A DNA stretch of 64,000 nucleotides. It comes from an uncultured Pseudomonadota bacterium. Lineage in GTDB: Bacteria; Oederibacteriota; Muellerivitia; Muellerivitales; Muellerivitaceae. The notes beneath the pieces are model-generated. The model was not told the DNA's origin. It did not search any database and worked only from the letters and a program-made list of their open reading frames with translations. Numbering within the stretch: position 1 is the first letter of the stretch; each line of letters begins with the position of its first letter. Positions 59,115-64,000 of this stretch are shown here, piece by piece. The DNA is taken from NCBI GenBank assembly GCA_963843375.1, contig CAWJKT010000010.1, positions 96,001 through 160,000 on the forward strand. Reading direction: 5' to 3'. The translations under genes and the position numbers were made by a program.

Positions 59115-59833
59115 CAGTTACTACTTCCACCCACCCCCAACCAAGTAAAAAATCGACGCGACCTACAGTCTGGAGACAGTTTGCCAGCAAATACGTTGAC
59201 ATATTGATCTGCGGGTTCATTTCCTGGGTGGTTTGTTTTACTTTTGGATGGCATTCCTATTGGTCATCCCTGACCCTGTTTTTATTCTTCGGCGAATGGT
59301 TTTGGTGCCGGGACCGCCTGAATCCTACGGCGGGAGAATATTTTCTGGGGATCCGGTATCTCACCTCTTCCTCCAGCCAAGTGGTGGCCGATATCCAAGT
59401 TATCAACGCCAAATTAAAACTCAACGGTTTCTTGCTGACTGGCGGAGTAGTGGAGCTGACGCTCGCCATCTTCCTGTTTTCTGGATGGACTTTTCTTTCA
59501 CAGGCTCCCGCTTTCGGATTTTATCTCGCCCCCCCGCTCTCGTTGGTTTATTGGGCACTGGCAGGTTTCGCCTTTTTTCTCTGCAGTGGCTATCTCTTGA
59601 GCGGTTCCAAATTGGCCTTCTTTGTCGTTCCGGCCGTGCATCTTTTTTTCCTGGTGGATCTTTTTTTGAGTCACCCTCTCTGGAACAATCTTTTGCAAAC
59701 CGGAGACTCGGTAGTTTCCGGCCTTGTCCATGTCACCCGGACACAACCTTTTCCATTATTGGATTTGTTCATCCTCTGGAGCATCTATATCCTGGGGACG
59801 CTTATTTTTTCCCGCAAACATTTGGCAAATTGA
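59111..59833 (+). CDS. Hypothetical membrane protein (RDD-like N-terminus)
   Basis: WRQFASKYVD, TAGEYFLGIR; multi-TM. Confidence 0.6.
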   Translation: MTVTTSTHPQPSKKSTRPTVWRQFASKYVDILICGFISWVVCFTFGWHSYWSSLTLFLFFGEWFWCRDRLNPTAGEYFLGIRYLTSSSSQVVADIQVINAKLKLNGFLLTGGVVELTLAIFLFSGWTFLSQAPAFGFYLAPPLSLVYWALAGFAFFLCSGYLLSGSKLAFFVVPAVHLFFLVDLFLSHPLWNNLLQTGDSVVSGLVHVTRTQPFPLLDLFILWSIYILGTLIFSRKHLAN

Positions 59834-59916
59834 ATTAAAAGAATATTTCACTCCTGTTTAAAAGATGGGTTTTTCCCTTATAATTCTCGTCTTCGCAACC
59901 TTTTTGAAAGGCCGGT

Positions 59917-62422
59917 ATGGAAGCCTATAATTTCACTGAAATCGAAAAGCGTTGGAAAAAACAATGGGTCGAAAAGGGCATCTTTGCCTGCGATCTCTCA
60001 AAAACCGATAAAAAATACTATACCCTGGTCATGTTTCCTTATCCTTCCGGGGATTTCCTTCACGCCGGCCACGGGCGAAATTACATCATCGGGGACGCAG
60101 TCTACCGTTACTTTAAGGCACAGGGACGTAACGTCTTGAATCCCATGGGCTTCGATGCCTTCGGCCTCCCAGCCGAGAACGCCGCCATTCACAAAGGCAT
60201 TCATCCCGAGGATTGGACTCTTAAAAACATTGAGCGCATGAAGGGCCAGTTTTACGATTGGGGAATGGGTTACGACTGGGACAAGGAAGTGGTTTCCTGT
60301 CTTCCCGATTATTACCGCTGGACCCAATGGATTTTCCTAAAACTTTACGAAAAGGGCCTGGCTTATCGAAAAAAAGCCTATGTCAACTGGTGCCCTTCCT
60401 GCCTGACGGTTTTGGCCAACGAACAGGTGGTGAATGGCCAATGCGAACGTTGTGACTCCATCGTCGAGCAAAAAGACCTGGAACAATGGTTCTTCAAGAT
60501 TACGGCCTATGCTGACCGGCTTTTGAAGGATATCGACCGCCTGGAATCCTGGCCCGATCGGGTCAAAACCATGCAGCGAAACTGGATTGGCAAGAGCGAA
60601 GGCGCCGAGGTCCAATTCAAGGTGGAAGGAAAGAACGAGACCATTACGGTATTCACCACCCGACCTGACACCCTTTTTGGGGCGACCTACATGGTCCTAG
60701 CCCCGGAGCATCCCCTGGTATTGTCTCTTGTGAAGGGAACGGACAAAGAAGCCGAAGTGAAATCCTTCGTGGAAATGGTAAAAAAACAGAGTTCGCAGGA
60801 TAGGGTAGGGGAGAGCGCTGAAAAGCTGGGTTTGGAAACGGGAATCCGGGCGGTCAACCCAGTTAACGGAAAATCGATTCCGGTCTACTTGGCCAATTAT
60901 GTCCTCATGGATTACGGAACGGGAGCCATCATGGCGGTACCGGCTCACGATACCCGGGACTTCGACTTTGCTCAAAAATACGGCATTCACATTGTTCAGG
61001 TGATCGACCCGACGGATGAAGTCAAACACGCCTGGAAAGCCTCCAATCATACCTACGATCCCAAGGGGGAAGCTTATACGGATGACGGTAAACTGGTGAA
61101 TTCAGATTTTCTGAACGGCCTGAATGTTGAAACCGCGAAGAAAAAAATGACCGCTTGGCTGGAAGAAAAAAAGATGGGGAAAGCGGCGGTAACCTATCGC
61201 CTGAGGGACTGGCTCATATCCCGCCAACGCTACTGGGGAGCGCCCATCCCCATGATTAATTGCGAAGCCTGTGGCTGGGTGTCGGTTCCGGAAAAGGATC
61301 TGCCGGTCCTTTTGCCGCGGGCCATTGAATTTAAGCCAACCGGAGAATCACCGTTGAAATCGGTCCCGTCCTTTGTGAATGTCTTCTGCCCCAAATGTGG
61401 GGGGAAAGCCCGTCGAGAAACGGACACCATGGACACCTTTGTGGATTCCAGTTGGTATTTTCTGCGTTACGTATCGGCAAAAAACCAACAAGAAGCCTTC
61501 ACCACCCCAACAGCAAACAAATGGCTTCCCGTGGACCAATATATCGGCGGGGTTGAACACGCTATTCTTCACCTTCTGTATTCACGGTTCATTACGAAAG
61601 TTTTAAAGGACCAGGGATTCATCAATTTTGACGAGCCTTTCAAGCGGCTTTTCACCCAGGGAATGATCACCAAAGGCGGGGTTAAAATGTCCAAGAGCAA
61701 GGGCAACTCCGTCCAACCCGATGAGCTGCATCAAAAAATACGGCTCGGATACTTTCCGGCTCTATACTCTTTTTATCGGCCCACCCGAACGGGACGCCGA
61801 GTGGGACGACCGGGCCGTGGAAGGTCCGTTTCGTTTTTTGAACCGTATTTGGAAATTTTTTCAGGAAGTGATGGAAAGACCGGACTTTGCCCAGAGTGAA
61901 AAACCCGAAGCCACGACCGAAGCCGACAAAGAAATCCGACGCAAAACTCACCAAACCATTCAAAAAGTGACGGTGGACATGACCGAAGGTTTCAAATTCA
62001 ACACCGCAATCAGCGCTATGATGGAAATGATTAATTTGCTTTATGATTACAAAGAACAACCCGGCGCCAAAACCCCTCTTTTGCGAGAGGCTTTGGAGGC
62101 TCTGGTGAAACTTTTAGGGCCTTTTACCCCCCACGTGGCCGATGAAATGTGGAGCCGTCTGGGCGACGGGAAGAATCTCTTACAAGCCGGATGGCCTCAG
62201 TTTGACCCGGCATTGTTAAAATCCGATGTGGTGGAAATTCCCGTGCAAGTTAACGGCAAGGTGAAAACCAGGGTAAATATCGCCGTGGGATTGGCGGAGG
62301 AGACAGTGAGGGACTTCCTATTAAAAGAGGAAAAAGTCTTGAAGTTTGTCCGGCCCGAAACCGTCCAAAAATTGATTTGGGTGAAGGATAAATTGGCTAA
62401 CTTTATTGTGAGAACAAATTGA
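59917..62422 (+). CDS. leuS: Leucine--tRNA ligase (frameshift ~61725)
   Basis: [35 protein letters not shown]-terminal VQVNGK in the second frame. Confidence 0.97.
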
Positions 62423-62955
62423 ATACTTATTTCTTAGGTCTGAAATCATTCGGAATTCGGCGATTCGCCTGTTTTTTGCTTTTACTCATTGGCATAACGG
62501 GGTGCCACCCCGCCGCCCTGGTCATTCCTTCTTACATCCAAAACGTGGGCGTTGACCTTTTTGAAAACCGAACCAGTTACTATGGATTGGATACGATCTT
62601 TACCGAGGCCACGATTCGGCAATTTCAAATCGACGGAAGGCTACCGATTGAAACGGCGGATAAGGCCGATATGGCCGTAAAGGTCATCATCCGTCAATAT
62701 ATCCGGGAGCCTCAGCTTTACGCCAATAACACCAATTACGTCCTCGAATACCGTTTGTCCGTTGTCTATGATCTGGCGGCCATCGACCAACGGGAAAAGA
62801 AAACGTTCCTTGAGGACACGGGAAAGGTCCATAGTATTTATTTTTATACTCCCCAATATACGGGAGCGATCCCCGAAACCGAGGACCAGGCGATTACCCA
62901 ACTTGCCAGTGACATGGCTTACACCATTGTCCGCCGTGTTTTAGAAGGAAATTGA
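62419..62955 (+). CDS. lptE: LPS assembly lipoprotein LptE-like
   Basis: Lipobox ITGC, FENRT; leuS-lptE-holA synteny. Confidence 0.8.
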   Translation: MNTYFLGLKSFGIRRFACFLLLLIGITGCHPAALVIPSYIQNVGVDLFENRTSYYGLDTIFTEATIRQFQIDGRLPIETADKADMAVKVIIRQYIREPQLYANNTNYVLEYRLSVVYDLAAIDQREKKTFLEDTGKVHSIYFYTPQYTGAIPETEDQAITQLASDMAYTIVRRVLEGN

Positions 62956-63026
62956 CCGGTGTGTCAAGTCAAACGGAACTTAGAATCTGCAATTTTTAGT
63001 TTGAAACCAAAAGACGAGAGGTTGAC

Positions 63027-63749
63027 ATGAACGGATTGAAAATTAAAAATTTCACATTAATTATTTTGGCTCTCATGTCTTTTACTTTGGCGGGAAGCGC
63101 AGGAGCTGATCTGGAGTGGATCACCGGTGGCGTTCCTAAAAACGCTCCCGACAAGCCCTCTTCCACGGGCGTGAAAGACGCCCCTCCTGAAGCATCCTCC
63201 AGCAGTCCGACGGTTAACCAGGACATCATCGTGAGCCATTTGATCACCTGCACCAAAATCGTGAACCAATATCCAGTCGACAGCGTAAACTATTTTTATT
63301 TAAACAAAAACGATCAAATTTGTTATTTCGCTTATTTTTTAATCAAACCTTCCAGTCGAATCCATACTGCGACGGTGGAATGTTTTTCACCGACGAATCT
63401 TCGTATCGCGAAATTCGACCAGGAATTCCAGGTGGGATTCACCGACCGACTTTTGACGATCCAGGACGAAACCTACCAATGGTTCCTGGTGGACCTTACC
63501 CTGGGGTTGGACCATCTTCACTCCGAGTATGGCCAAACCGGCTTGCCAAGAGATGTGGGACTTTACACGATCCACTTAAGCGTGGACGGCCAATTGGTGG
63601 GAATCACCTTTTTTTATGTGAAACCCGAGGAAACTAAAAACGCCACCCCCGTTGCCACCATACCTCCGGCTCCAAATGCCAGCCTCTTGCCCGTAAGAAC
63701 CCCTTACACCACCCAACCCATTTCACCCATACCTCAGGGTATCCCTTGA
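63027..63749 (+). CDS. Secreted hypothetical protein (Ig-like core, Pro/Thr-rich tail)
   Basis: Signal peptide ending AGA; GLYTIHLSVDG; GAGG SD. Confidence 0.65.
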   Translation: MNGLKIKNFTLIILALMSFTLAGSAGADLEWITGGVPKNAPDKPSSTGVKDAPPEASSSSPTVNQDIIVSHLITCTKIVNQYPVDSVNYFYLNKNDQICYFAYFLIKPSSRIHTATVECFSPTNLRIAKFDQEFQVGFTDRLLTIQDETYQWFLVDLTLGLDHLHSEYGQTGLPRDVGLYTIHLSVDGQLVGITFFYVKPEETKNATPVATIPPAPNASLLPVRTPYTTQPISPIPQGIP

Positions 63750-63781
63750 TCCACTTCGTTTCGTGAAAGAGGAAGGGGACC

Positions 63782-64000
63782 ATGTACTTCGACGACTTTT
63801 TAACCCGTCTTAAAAAAAATGATTTGCCCCGGGTTCTTTTGCTTTTTGGTGATTCAGAAGGGGTTTTATCCGAAGGCCTTCAAAACATCCGGGAAAAATT
63901 TCGCGAAATGGCGCCCGATGGAACCTTACAGGTTTTTGACGGACAAGAAATAAACCTTGGGGAAATGTTGATGGCTGCCCAAACATCCTCGCTTTTCGCC
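63782..64000 (+). CDS. holA: DNA polymerase III delta subunit, N-terminal part
   Basis: Manual translation MYFDDF..LPRVLLLFGD..FDG..AAQTSSLFA; position after leuS/lptE. Confidence 0.75.
   Translation, partial: MYFDDFLTRLKKNDLPRVLLLFGDSEGVLSEGLQNIREKFREMAPDGTLQVFDGQEINLGEMLMAAQTSSLFA

Noticed and set aside
59233..59838. Long alternative-frame or antisense ORFs (e.g. 59233-59838, 5605-6132, 31180-31746)
   Set aside because: They overlap better-supported genes and have no recognisable motifs or SD; treated as shadow ORFs.

Overview
64 kb of a bacterial chromosome at roughly 50% GC by eye; lptE indicates a diderm, and the lineage cannot be fixed from sequence alone. (1) 1-9.1 kb: a Crp/Fnr-associated cluster with two YceI proteins, a cNMP-domain protein, a sensor kinase that appears to lack its phospho-His, a Zn-ADH, a Cys-rich Crp/Fnr regulator and an acyl-CoA ligase/GNAT. 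Five of its promoter regions carry a TATGA-N6-TCATA-type box. (2) 9.4-41.3 kb: a co-oriented housekeeping run: tRNA-Ala(GGC), dgt, argDFGH, lysA, dapAB, FAH, dapL, folK, dNK, panBCD, nadA, nadX, an ABC/TPR trio, pfkB, xseA, an inserted secreted protein, xseB, ispA, DUF212, dxs, a LysM-M23 protein and a fused IOR. (3) 42.7-52 kb: an accessory region. It holds a decayed radical SAM gene, then co-oriented unrelated small modules (VOC, CPBP, membrane protein, Phd-PIN TA, MNT-HEPN), each followed by a copy of a 28-bp palindrome (consensus TGTCCACGACGG-RRAC-CCGTCGTGGACA). Next is a putative metal-sensing leader ORF whose stop codon abuts a stem hiding the SD of a Met/His-rich envelope protein. (4) 52-64 kb: gpx, a response regulator, a HI0933-family flavoprotein, GH27, recN, an ArgA-like GNAT and leuS-lptE-orf-holA. 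Many single-base frameshifts in core genes (8.5-28.3 kb, leuS) look like sequencing or assembly indels rather than pseudogenes. No integrase, transposase, CRISPR array or rRNA was seen. All product calls come from motif recognition, not database searches.
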